A stretch of 63,928 nucleotides of DNA, counting the filler, from Octopus bimaculoides (lineage: Eukaryota): the NCBI RefSeq assembly GCF_001194135.2. It is 8 parts of 8 records of this genome, joined end to end, with 100 filler letters (N's around TTAATTAATTAA, not from the genome) between each part and the next. Parts side by side here need not be neighbours in the genome. Positions count along the whole stretch, not along the records: positions 1 to 19,860 come from NC_069000.1; positions 19,961 to 39,446 come from NC_069005.1; 6 more parts are not named here. One strand, given 5' to 3'. This document shows, one piece after another, positions 12,704-24,299 of the stretch (position 1 is the first letter of the stretch; every line of letters begins with the position of its first letter). A program made the position numbers and the translations under genes. The notes below the pieces were generated by a model that saw only the letters and a list, made by a program, of their open reading frames with translations, ran no database searches and was not told the DNA's origin.

Positions 12704-13203
12704 GTGTGGTTGGTGGAGGATGCTATGACCACACAGGTGGCGGAAGTAATCTTTTATGTCTACCTAACGATCCCATTTGGGCCAATTATACTACAAAAGT
12801 TGAAGAAGGAGGTTTGATTTATGGCAGTGAATATCAACTTCAAAATTACGACACTAATAAACTCTTTTCTTTTGCTAACGCTAAATCACTTCATAATCAC
12901 AACGTTCCGTGTGCTGTCTGTTTGACACGCCAGCCTGCTGTTGTTATGATATTACCAGCCAGGACAGAGTGTTATCCTGGTTGGTCAACTGAGTATTCAG
13001 GATATTTGATGTCCGGTCATCACGGAGAAAAGGGCAGACAAGAATATGTGTGCGTGGACTATGCACCAGAAGCTGATCCAGCCGGTTACAGAAACGAAAA
13101 TGGAGCTGTATTCTATTTCGTTCAGGCTGCTTGTGGTTCATTGCCATGTCCACCGTATGTCGATGGTCAAGAATTAACCTGCGTTGTGTGCAGTAAATAT
13201 TGA
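12704..13203 (+). CDS. Terminal coding exon, short-chain collagen C4-like paralog B
   Basis: attctag acceptor; 500 nt like A; same Cys framework plus one extra Cys (GGGCYDH); stop TGA at 13201-13203. Confidence 0.92.
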
Positions 13204-14372
13204 ATAGAAATTAAATTCGTTTCCATATGAAATTATATCGGTGAATTACAGGAAATAATATAAATTTTTGTGTTACCTAATATTTTCTTTAAATTATATC
13301 TATCATTAAATAAACAGGTGCATTAGTTTTCAGAAAATATTGAAGACTATACAAAAGAGGCGACATAGAATGCCAGAAATATCCTCAGAAAAAATCTAAA
13401 TCAGTCGAATAATTCTAATAAACACGTTGTAAGATTTCAGCTTACCAAATTTAACGTTGAAATAAAATGTTATTTCGTTTAACAGTATTTCGTTTTCTGT
13501 CTCATGATTCAGCAAAGCCCCAAATGAAGTACCACCATAGAATTATATCATCTTTTCCTGCACAGCCTTAGAAAGTCTAATACTTGACGCTACTATCTCA
13601 GACATCTTGGTTTTCAGATTACAACTCGTATTCTGACAAGGACCATGAACCACCACATTACTTAGTACATAACATGCCTGATTCTTTCAACAACAACCAG
13701 TTACTTCTACGCAAACCATTCATTCTATTTGCCGTTATTAATCAGGAAAGCTTTCCGTTCCATTCCTACCTTATATCTTATAAAACATATTTATCATCTA
13801 CTTAAATATCACAAAATCTTTATTCTAAGATTTCTGAATCTGTGGAGTTTAGATGATCAATCCTTCAAAAGGCAGTAGAAATAAGTATTGGTCCTCCCAA
13901 CCCAAATCTATATCACAACCTTCCCACCTCTCCACAAAATAAAACACAAATGAAATTCGATGCACAGAACACTCACATCATACAATAAACGAATGGTTCG
14001 GCTAACAACATCACGTTGCAATAAACATTGAAGATTACTTAGTGTTTACAATCCGCTGTAATTATTGTGATGGGCAAATCCGGATTCACTTCTCTTGATT
14101 ACGAATATTTTCCTAAGTGTAAATTCAAAACAAATTCTGAAAATATGGACGCTGGTAGATCTTCAAATTTTTCTTTTAATTCAGTAGTTAATGATGCCTC
14201 ATAATTAGATGGTTAAAACAACCGACATGTGTTTAAGCTGTACAGAGCATGCGCAGCTGCATATGCAACCCATCATTACAAAAGGAAAGTGATGGGGCTA
14301 TGATGAAATTTGATATGGTTGTAAGATTTATTTTGTAGCTTATTTCAAATTAACGTTAGTTCGAGGGCGAAA

Positions 14373-14535
14373 TTGAGAATATGTGGCCTGTGTGTTTTCT
14401 GTACCTTGTTTATCATTTTGTGCATGTTTTTTTGCAACGTCATGTACCCAGATATGCATCTATATATACATGTAGATGAAGGTATGTACATACATGTACA
14501 TATATATGCATATACTCATATATTATTTATATATA
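14373..14535 (+). repeat. Fragment of interspersed repeat family also at 26560-27000 (+) and 52290-52680 (-)
   Basis: Shared gtacccagatatgca...tatatgcatatactcat block. Confidence 0.65.
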
Positions 14536-15793
14536 NNNNNNNNNNNNNNNNNNNNNNNNNNNNNNNNNNNNNNNNNNNNNNNNNNNNNNNNNNNNNNNNN
14601 NNNNNNNNNNNNNNNNNNNNNNNNNNNNNNNNNNNNNNNNNNNNNNNNNNNNNNNNNNNNNNNNNNNNGTGTAAAGATGTATTTATTTACACATAGGTTT
14701 ATTTAAATATTCATATATGAGTGTACTTGTGAATAAGTATGGGAGCATATTTGTGTAGATGTATTTTTTATATATAAAAAAATGCATGTCCATATTTAGA
14801 TGTATGTGTGTGTGTAAATATACATGTGTGTATATGATTGTGTATACAAGTTTATGTAGATGATAAAAAAATAATAATAACAATAATCTCAGATAATCAG
14901 TATTTGGTTGGGTATCCAAAATTACTTAATACAGCTGTGAAACATAGAATTGTACGTGTGCATGATGGTGTGTGTACTGGATTAAACAAAGCGTGTGACG
15001 GGTTGTACGTGTAGATGATAAATATGTTTTATAAGGTGGTGCCCCAGAATAGCCGCAGTCAAATGTGTCAGTCAGGTATAAGAATAAAAGAAAAGAATTG
15101 AATATATATATATATATANNNNNNNNNNNNNNNNNNNNNNNNNNNNNNNNNNNNNNNNNNNNNNNNNNNNNNNNNNNNNNNNNNNNNNNNNNNNNNNNNN
15201 NNNNNNNNNNNNNNNNNNNNNNNNNNNNNNNNNNNNNNNNNNNNNNNNNNNNTGTGTGTGTGTGTGCATGTGTGTGTGTGCGTGAGAGAGAGAGAGAGAG
15301 AGAGAGTAGGGATGGTCATAAACATTCGCAGTATACAAGAAATTTTCATTAACAGTAAGTAAATTTATTATCTCGAATGAAACTTAATACGAAGATGTTA
15401 CGAACGAACTTAGAATAACATTGGATTGCAATAAGTTAAATATTATGTAGAAAGTACTTCCCTCAATGAATATGAAAACTGCTTCGTAGACAGGTTTCCA
15501 CAAAAAACAAATAAAAAGATAAAAACATTCGGATATAAATTATAATTCTCCTTCAAACTGGAATTTTTGTCCCATTTTACAAGTTTATGCCAACGTCATC
15601 AAAATATTTTCCGAATTATTGTGCGATAATATCAGAGAATTTCTAACCAATAATTAGATCTGTCCAATAAGCTCACACCCACATTTTCAGTTCTGGCAAT
15701 CTCATTGGTTCATAAACTTATGATACGATAGGCGGCAGAGAGGAGTTATTGTGCGTTCGGTAAATAAATAGGTTGAAAGCCTCAGCTCAGAAC

Positions 15794-15976
15794 TTACATT
15801 CGAGGAATTGTTGAACCAAAGCGCAATATCACGTACCGACGACAACTATCACCATAATGGATTTGGCACAGCTGACCAGGAATATTTCGCAGCGTTATTC
15901 CATCTCTTCGATCATAACAGCGAAATACCAAAACGTATGCGGGCAAGACAGTGAAAATTACATAAATATAAATCAT
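15794..15976 (-). CDS. Unidentified small ORF/exon X2 (MIYIYVIFTVLPAYVLVFRCYDRRDGITLRNIPGQLCQIHYGDSCRRYVILRFGSTIPRM)
   Basis: Open frame conserved with X1 and synonymous-biased. Ends at TAA overlapping a perfect GTAAGT donor, so it may be an internal exon. The true start is uncertain. Confidence 0.5.
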   Translation of the reverse strand: MIYIYVIFTVLPAYVLVFRCYDRRDGITLRNIPGQLCQIHYGDSCRRYVILRFGSTIPRM

Positions 15977-16166
15977 CCGTGAACTATAGTTTCGAAATTA
16001 ATATTCTCTTACCGAAAATATCTGTTTCTTGTCAGCACGAACTGTAAGGTAAATATAATTTTCAGAATCTCATACAAGTTGTTCCCCACTGGTGGTGAAC
16101 GCGCATGTGGTTCTGATAATTACATTTAATTGTAAAATTAATATACATACATACATACCTATATAT

Positions 16167-16553
16167 ATATTAATAGTTATCACTAAGCTAACGTGGCTTT
16201 CCAGGAAAATAGGACGAATGCTGCCGTTGATTAGCTCCAAGAGACCTTCGCTTCTAGCTAGCTATGTGACACACGAACTTGCGTCCATTATAACCTTCGA
16301 ACAGACGGTCAGCAACGACGCCTGGTAGGTTCGGTTACTCCAAATTGATAAAGGGCAACCACCCCGAAACTAGTCTGTGGATGTCAGACCATCAAGGGGA
16401 AGCTGCTGACCTCTCCTGTTCGAAGGTTATGATGGACACAGGTTCGTGTGTCACATAGCTAGATAGAGGCGATGGCATCTTGGAGCTAATCAACGGCAGC
16501 ATTTATCCTATTTTTCTGGACTGCCATGTTAGCTTGGCGATTATTATTAATAT
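16167..16553. mobile_element. MITE-like element with ~145 bp terminal inverted repeats
   Basis: 16167-16315 is the reverse complement of 16404-16553 with scattered mismatches; AT/TTAA-rich ends; no coding capacity. Confidence 0.85.
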
Positions 16554-16669
16554 CCAGTACCGCTGCCGTAGCCTCCTTTAGAGAGATTTAGAAATGTTTA
16601 TATATATATATATATAAAACACTAGCAATTTCGTCTTGGAACTAAGGTTAATTTGAGGTAAACTACAAA

Positions 16670-18960
16670 ATAAATCTTGAGGCCATGTCAGATTTCAGTA
16701 TAGCCCCGTCACTTTCCTTTTGTAATGATGGGTTGCATATGCAGCTGCGCATGCTCTGTACAGCTGAAACACATGTCGGTCATTTTAACCATCTAATTAT
16801 GTTGCATCACTAACTAGTGAACTAAAAGGAAAATTTGAAGATTTAACAGCGTCCGTATTTTCTGCAATTGTTTAGAATTTACATTCAGGAAAATATTCAT
16901 AATCCAGAGAAGCGAATGTGGATTTACCCATCAGAATGATTACTATGTGATGTTATCCGAACCCTTATTTTCGTTTATCTGAGAAGTATATTCTTCACAC
17001 TCCAACATACGATCATGAATGCTATTCCGTATAACGTGACAGTCACAACATCCCAACCTTCTTTCGAACAGTATCTGTGCTTGCCCTGACTATATTTGCT
17101 CTCTTTGCTCTGACTTTTATGTGTGTTGTAATCGTTTTACATGAACTGTATTTAATCTTCTGGGATTTATCCTTTCTTCGAATCTGATATGTTTATGCAG
17201 CTGAGTGAAATAAAACGTCGTATTTGATGATCTCTGCTGTTGATTTCTTTCATTTTGTGTCTTATTTTCTGGAGAGGTGGGAAGGTTGTGGTATAGATAC
17301 AGGTTGGGAGAATCAATATTTAGTTCTCTTGCCTTTTGAAAGATAGTTCGTGTAAATTCCAGTCTCAGAAATCTTACAGTGAAAATTTTGTGATATTTCT
17401 AAAGGAGATGATAAATATCTTAAATGAATGAGAGGTACGAATAGAGCGGAAAGCTTTGCTGATTATCAATGGAAAATAGAATGGTATGTGTCAAAGTAAC
17501 CGGTTGTTATTGAAACGAAGGTGTATTTTCTGTGCTACGTAATGTGGTGGTTCATGGTCTTTGTCAAAATCCGAGATGCAATTTTAAAATCCAGATGTCT
17601 AAGATTTAGATTTTTTTTTAAGGCTGTGCATGAAAAGATGATATAATTCTTTAGCAGTACTTTATTTAGTGGTTTGTTGAATTATGAGACAGAAGAGAAA
17701 ATATTGTTAAACGAAATATCATTTTATTTTAGTTTTGAATATTTTCTGAAAACAAGTATAACATTTTATTTTAACGACAGGCGTATATTAAGGAAAATAT
17801 TAGGTAACACAATTAAAATTTTATATTATTTATTGTACTTCACACATATTTTCATATGGAAGCGAATTTAATTTCTATTCAATATTTACTGCAAACAACG
17901 CAGGTTAATTCTTGACCATTGACATACGGTGGACATGGCAATGAACCACAAATAGCCTGAATGAAATACAATAAAGCTCCATTTTCGTTTCTGTAACCTG
18001 CTGGATCAGCTTCTGGTGCATGGTCCACACATACATATTCATGTCTGCCCTTATGATAATGAGCCTCTGTCATCAAATATCCTGAATATTCAGTTAACCA
18101 ACCAGGGTAACACTCAGTCCTGGCTGGTAACATCATAACAACAGCAGGTTGTCGTGTCAAACAGACAGCACACGGAACGTTGTGATCATAAAGTGATTTA
18201 GCGTTAGCAAAAGAAAAGAGTTTATTAGTTGGGTACAGGTCTATTTGATATTCACTGCCATAAATGAAACCTCCATCTTCAACTCCGGTAGTATAATTGG
18301 CCCAAATAGGGTAAACATAAGAGATTACTTCCACCACCTGTGTGTTGAAATAATTGTCCACCAGCCACACCTAGAATTGGTCAGAATAAATCAAGTNNNN
18401 NNNNNNNNNNNNNNNNNNNNNNNNNNNNNNNNNNNNNNNNNNNNNNNNNNNNNNNNNNNNNNNNNNNNNNNNNNNNNNNNNNNNNNNNNNNNNNNGTTAT
18501 CTTATCCTCACGCGTGAACGAATTGTGGTGTATGTGTTAGTGTTTATGTGAGTGTAAGCCGTGTGTTGCTGTATAAGAGTATGCATGAGTTCGCAGGTGT
18601 GTGTTTGCCTTCACTTCATAATTATATGTTGTGTGTATACGAGAAGATATTTGTGGTTGTGATGTGTATTGCNNNNNNNNNNGTAAACATAAGAGATTAC
18701 TTCCACCACCTGTGTGTTGAAATAATTGTCCACCAGCCACACCTAGAATTGGTCAGAATAAATCAAGTAAAAATGATATTAAGCAAAGTTATATATGAAA
18801 TAACGGAAACATTCATTACAAGTAGACACTTAGAAGAAGTTATCTTATCCTCACGCGTGAACGAATTGTGGTGTATGTGTTAGTGTTTATGTGAGTGTAA
18901 GCCGTGTGTTGCTGTATAAGAGTATGCATGAGTTCGCAGGTGTGTGTTTGCCTTCACTTC
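16670..18960 (-). repeat. Inverted duplication of ~12480-14330 (paralog C unit)
   Basis: Reverse-complement similarity through terminal exon, upstream intron and >1 kb of 3' flank (e.g. gtacagagcatgcgcagctgcatatgcaacccatcattacaaaagg at ~14240 vs ~16715-16762). Confidence 0.9.
17879..18370 (-). pseudogene. Terminal exon of paralog C with 8-nt deletion/frameshift as assembled (pseudogene or assembly error)
   Basis: attctag acceptor at 18371-18377; 492 nt versus 500 in A/B; CCT AAC GAT CCG is reduced to CCCT near 18308-18311; remainder in frame with all Cys kept. Confidence 0.75.
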
Positions 18961-18961
18961 A
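18683..18961. other. Gap-bounded duplicate of 18311-18620 (probable assembly redundancy or haplotype)
   Basis: Identical to the non-N parts of 18311-18620 and flanked by N runs on both sides. Confidence 0.8.
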
Positions 18962-19827
18962 NNNNNNNNNNNNNNNNNNNNNNNNNNNNNNNNNNNNNNN
19001 NNNNNNNNNNNNNNNNNNNNNNNNNNNNNNNNNNNNNNNNNNNNNNNNNNNNNNNNNNNNNTGCATAAGCTATATTTATGTGTGTGTTTGTGTGTGAGTG
19101 CTTAAACTATGAGTATGTATGTATGTATTTTTGCATGTGTGAATGTTAGCATGTGTGTATGAGTGTGTGTGAGGTTGAGCATGTGCGCGCGCGTGCGTGT
19201 GTAAGCTATGTGTGTATATTGTCTGTGATCATGTGCGCGATGTATGTGTTAAAGTTAGTTTTTGTGTGAGTGTAAGGTGTGTGTTGCTGTATGAAATCGC
19301 GTATATAAGTTCGAAGTTCTGCGTGGACATAGTTTTAATATATATGCATATGTGGTATGTTTACGGGTAGGTATTTGTGGTTTTGAAGTGAATTATGATG
19401 GATTTTGATGTCTGTGTGCGGGTGTCACTAGTTTGAGAAAGGAAGGAGTTTGTGCAAAGCCTGTAGCTGTGTTTTCCGAAATGGAAAATATGTTGTTTAT
19501 ATGTGGTGTTTACTCCACGTTGAACACTCTGTGTTTATTTCAGTCTCTATTTACGACCTGTTGTCACTGTAATGAACGTTTACCATTTAGTTTAGCCAGC
19601 ATTTGCTGTCATTGCGTTTTTTAACAATGTGATGCACTATAAGCGAATACGCGTGTCTACGAAACAGAAGGAGAGGATGGGAAAGCGTGATAAAGAGAGT
19701 TTGTGAGAAAGAGTATGACCGTCAATGTGTGTGAGAAAGAAAGAGAGACAGAGAGTGAGGAAGAGAAAGAGAGAGAAAGAAAGAGAGGAAAAAGGTGAAA
19801 GGGAATAGAAGTAGGGAATCTACTAAC

Positions 19828-19860
19828 CATCATACACAATACCTGACGAAGGTGGACAGC
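19828..19860 (-). CDS. 3' part of the penultimate exon of paralog C (SCPPSSGIVYDG), truncated by gap
   Basis: Minus strand reads gc tgt cca cct tcg tca ggt att gtg tat gat g|gttagt; homologous to TCPPHSKLVYEG|gttagt, same phase-1 donor. Confidence 0.8.
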
Positions 19861-19960
19861 NNNNNNNNNNNNNNNNNNNNNNNNNNNNNNNNNNNNNNNN
19901 NNNNTTAATTAATTAANNNNNNNNNNNNNNNNNNNNNNNNNNNNNNNNNNNNNNNNNNNN
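19861..19960. other. Artificial scaffold join N44-TTAATTAATTAA-N44 (also 39447-39546, 51432-51531, 53523-53622, 55725-55824, 57543-57642, 61916-62015)
   Basis: Seven identical 100-bp constructs with a six-frame stop linker centred in Ns. Confidence 0.95.
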
Positions 19961-20400
19961 TATATACATATATGTGTATGTGTGTGCGTATTGTTATAAA
20001 TATATCAATTAATAAATATATGGTTATGATTACGTATGCATGCTAATGTATGTTTATAAGCACACATACATGCACACCACACACACATACACACACACAC
20101 TCATACACACACACTCATACACGCACACTTATGAACGTATGTATCTATGAAAGGCACTTATCGCTCTTGGATTTATTTACATCGATTGCATATATATTTG
20201 AAAAAATAAAAATATATCGTAAAATCTTTCCCCAGCCAGTTTTTGTACGCGCATCGCTGGTTAGTACAACCCATTCGCATAAATACGATCACACACACAT
20301 ACATGCGCGCGCACAGACATGCATATTTGTACGTGTGTGTGATCTAAAAAAGTTCACAAACTGTTACTCAGTGTTTCACATCACCAATCATCAGAAAACT

Positions 20401-20862
20401 GAACTTTTGAACAATACAATGGTTTATAAATGTTTATAATTGGTAACTTGATAATTAGCAAATCATCTAATAGACATTTAGCGCTGATCAGACAGAGGGT
20501 TACGACTTTCCAAATTAATGGAATCTTTTGCATAAAATAACTGACGGACGAATAGCAAAATAAACATTAAAAGCAAGGAAACGCTGAATAAATCTGAATA
20601 ACACAAATCTCATTGTACGGGGTAATAGTTGCAATATTTACAGCAAATGGAAAATAAAAATTAGCTAGAAATTAAGAATTTACGAAAAATATATAAGTCA
20701 TTAAAAAATAAAAATGATGAATGATTATTGCAAAGCAATTACATAATTTTGTCATAGTGAAAATTGAGTGAAAGTGTTTGTGTAAAAGTAAACGAAAGAA
20801 AAAGAAGGGTAAAGGAAAAAGTAATGCTGGAAAGATAGAACGAAGAGTTAAGCGTTGCTATA
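20401..20862 (+). repeat. Left arm of diverged ~460 bp inverted repeat (partner 22801-23258)
   Basis: cttttgaacaatacaatggtttataaatgtttata, tagaaattaagaattta and gtaaaggaaaaagtaatg all recur reverse-complemented and collinear in 22801-23258. Confidence 0.75.
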
Positions 20863-20890
20863 CAACCTTAGTTATATTGATAGTATGTAC

Positions 20891-20952
<62 letters not shown>

Positions 20953-22800
20953 NNNNNNNNNNNNNNNNNNNNNNNNNNNNNNNNNNNNNNNNNNNNNNNN
21001 NNNNNNNNNNNNNNNNNNNNNNNNNNNNNNNNNNNNNNNNNNNNNNNNNNNNNNNNNNNNNNNNNNNNNNNNNNNNNNNNNNNNNNNNNNNNNNNNNNNN
21101 NNNNNNNNNNNNNNNNNNNNNNNNNNNNNNNNNNNNNNNNNNNNNNNNNNNNNNNNNNNNNNNNNNNNNNNNNNNNNNNNNNNNNNNNNNNNNNNNNNNN
21201 NNNNNNNNNNNNNNNNNNNNNNNNNNNNNNNNNNNNNNNNNNNNNNNNNNNNNNNNNNNNNNNNNNNNNNNNNNNNNNNNNNNNNNNNNNNNNNNNNNNN
21301 NNNNNNNNNNNNNNNNNNNNNNNNNNNNNNNNNNNNNNNNNNNNNNNNNNNNNNNNNNNNNNNNNNNNNNNNNNNNNNNNNNNNNNNNNNNNNNNNNNNN
21401 NNNNNNNNNNNNNNNNNNNNNNNNNNNNNNNNNNNNNNNNNNNNNNNNNNNNNNNNNNNNNNNNNNNNNNNNNNNNNNNNNNNNNNNNNNNNNNNNNNNN
21501 NNNNNNNNNNNNNNNNNNNNNNNNNNNNNNNNNNNNNNNNNNNNNNNNNNNNNNNNNNNNNNNNNNNNNNNNNNNNNNNNNNNNNNNNNNNNNNNNNNNN
21601 NNNNNNNNNNNNNNNNNNNNNNNNNNNNNNNNNNNNNNNNNNNNNNNNNNNNNNNNNNATCCATTTTACCGGAAGTTATGACGGAAAAATCGGATCTTGT
21701 GAATTTTCCGAAAGTCCCCTCCTCGCCCCCACCCCCATGGTCGTCAGCGCGCATTTTTTTTTTCATATTCGTACTCTACATACTTGTTAACACCCACCAG
21801 GCTGGTTTATTTATTATCTTTTTGGTTCCCGGGTGAAGATCTTTATATTGACCATATAAGCTATATGCATGATCGATGAAAAGCGAAGTAAAGTCAAATA
21901 TTATAAATTATTAAAGCATTACAAAATGGATCGTGTGAAGATGAAACATGATGATCTGAAGAAATCGATGCTAGAACAAGAAGTCATCCAAAGTATCCAA
22001 AGTGATAATAACAAAATATAAATAAAACCATTAACAATACGTAGTAGGGAGAAATAATTATATACAGTATCTGTTCAGTAGAAGCGGCCTCGGCATCAAA
22101 AATGTCAATGTCTGTAGCAATGGGCTGTGTGACAGAAAGTTCAGGACAAGTAACCTAAATAGGTACAACTCACACTTATAATGGTATAGCCATCCTTCTA
22201 ACTATAAATACCAGTTCCGTAGACACGCGCCAGTTAGCCAGCAACGAGCCAGACAGGCAGTTTCGTGATCGAGATGGTGACCGCTGTGAGCCAAGAGACC
22301 AGACAGTACCAGTTGCAGACCACGAAAAGACGAGATAGAAAAACGACACAACCCAACGGAATGATGAACGCACGCACAGACACAAAATATGGCTCTTGTA
22401 TTACCTTGCCCCATCAATATTATCTTTCCTCCGTTTTTACTTCGCCGACTCGAAGTAGTTGGCAACTTTATGTAGCGCATATTTGTTTCAAGTATCCAAC
22501 AAAGTAAATGCAACTGTGACCAAATAAATAATGTAAACCACTTCCCTATTTTTTCTTCATCCTTTTCCTTCGATGCCGTTTCATCACACCAGCATCATCT
22601 TCTACACCCGACAACTTACATTGAACCATCAGCAACACATTTCACTACATTCAGGATACTTTTGTTGTGCATTCTATAGATACGAAATTTAAGAATTCCA
22701 TAGCTGCAACAGTTTTGGCATTTTCCCGTATTTCCGATTTATTTTTGTTTTCATCGCACCCAAAAAGTAGCGTATGCTTTCTAATTGCTCATCCCTCCCC

Positions 22801-23258
22801 TATATCAACGTTTAACTTTCCCATCCCTTCTTCAAACATTACCTTTTCCTTTACATTTTTTACCCTTTATTTTATCTTAGACAGCCTCTTTTTCACTCAC
22901 TGTTTACTACCTCAGGCTTATATATGTATCTTTAATATTCATTTTATCTCATTCTTAATGATTTATACGTCTTAAATTCTTAATTTCTACAAAGGTATTT
23001 TTCCTTTGCTGCAAAATATGCCAACTATTGCTCTACATAATACAATTTACATTTCTCATTTTTACTCACCTTTTACTCATTTATTAGGTATTGTTTTTCG
23101 TCAACGGCCAATCTTATAATCCATCACATTCCATTAATTTTGAAATTCCATAACTACCTGTCTAATCAGCGTTAAATGTTTATTTGATGATTTACCAAAT
23201 AATAATTACTGTACCATTTATAAACATTTATAAACCATTGTATTGTTCCAAAAGGTCA
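22801..23258 (-). repeat. Right arm of diverged inverted repeat (partner 20401-20862)
   Basis: See left arm; starts ~420 nt downstream of the ovo stop codon on the minus strand. Confidence 0.75.
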
Positions 23259-23387
23259 ATCTGTCATTAGTTTGTAAAGTTTTTCAACTTCAATAAAACA
23301 CAATATTTTACTTTACATTTAGTATTATGTACACACATACACGCGTGCGCATGCACACACACATATATGTATATATGTGTGTGTGTG

Positions 23388-23441
<54 letters not shown>

Positions 23442-23676
23442 CATGCTTACATTCATAAGTACATAACTACATGTTTTAACAATAACATACACTAATTTTG
23501 TTCTTCATACTTTCAATATAATACATTTTAGATACTCTTGTTTGTGATATTCGTCAAATGTGGTTAATCGGCTCAACCAGGAACATCATAGTCACCGCTA
23601 TCATAACCCCGAACCATCTCCTCACACAATCTTTAATTCTTCCGCCCCATTCCACCCATACCACCCATTTGATGCT

Positions 23677-24003
<327 letters not shown>

Positions 24004-24019
24004 TCAATTCTACTCTCAC

Positions 24020-24060
<41 letters not shown>

Positions 24061-24299
24061 TCATGCACGCATACATACATACATACATACATACATACAT
24101 ACATACATACATACATACAACAGCAACAAAAATAAATGCATTAACTGAAAGTGAAGAAAACAATATCCTACGTGTTGGAAGTGAGCTCCTTGGGAAGTAC
24201 TCTGTTCCTGATGACCTCTCAAACAGCCTCAAATCAGCATAATTTAAAGAAAACCTGGACGTGAAATGCTCAGCATACCCCCCACCAACCCACTCACCC

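Noticed and set aside
720-13203. Calling these genes true collagens
   Set aside because: No Gly-X-Y repeats in any visible exon; only the NC1-related domain is supported.
18311-18370. N-terminus MWLVDNYFNTQVVEV of the ORF-track protein 17879-18370
   Set aside because: Artefact of the 8-nt deletion; the homologous frame is GVAGGQLFQHTGGGSNLLCLP.
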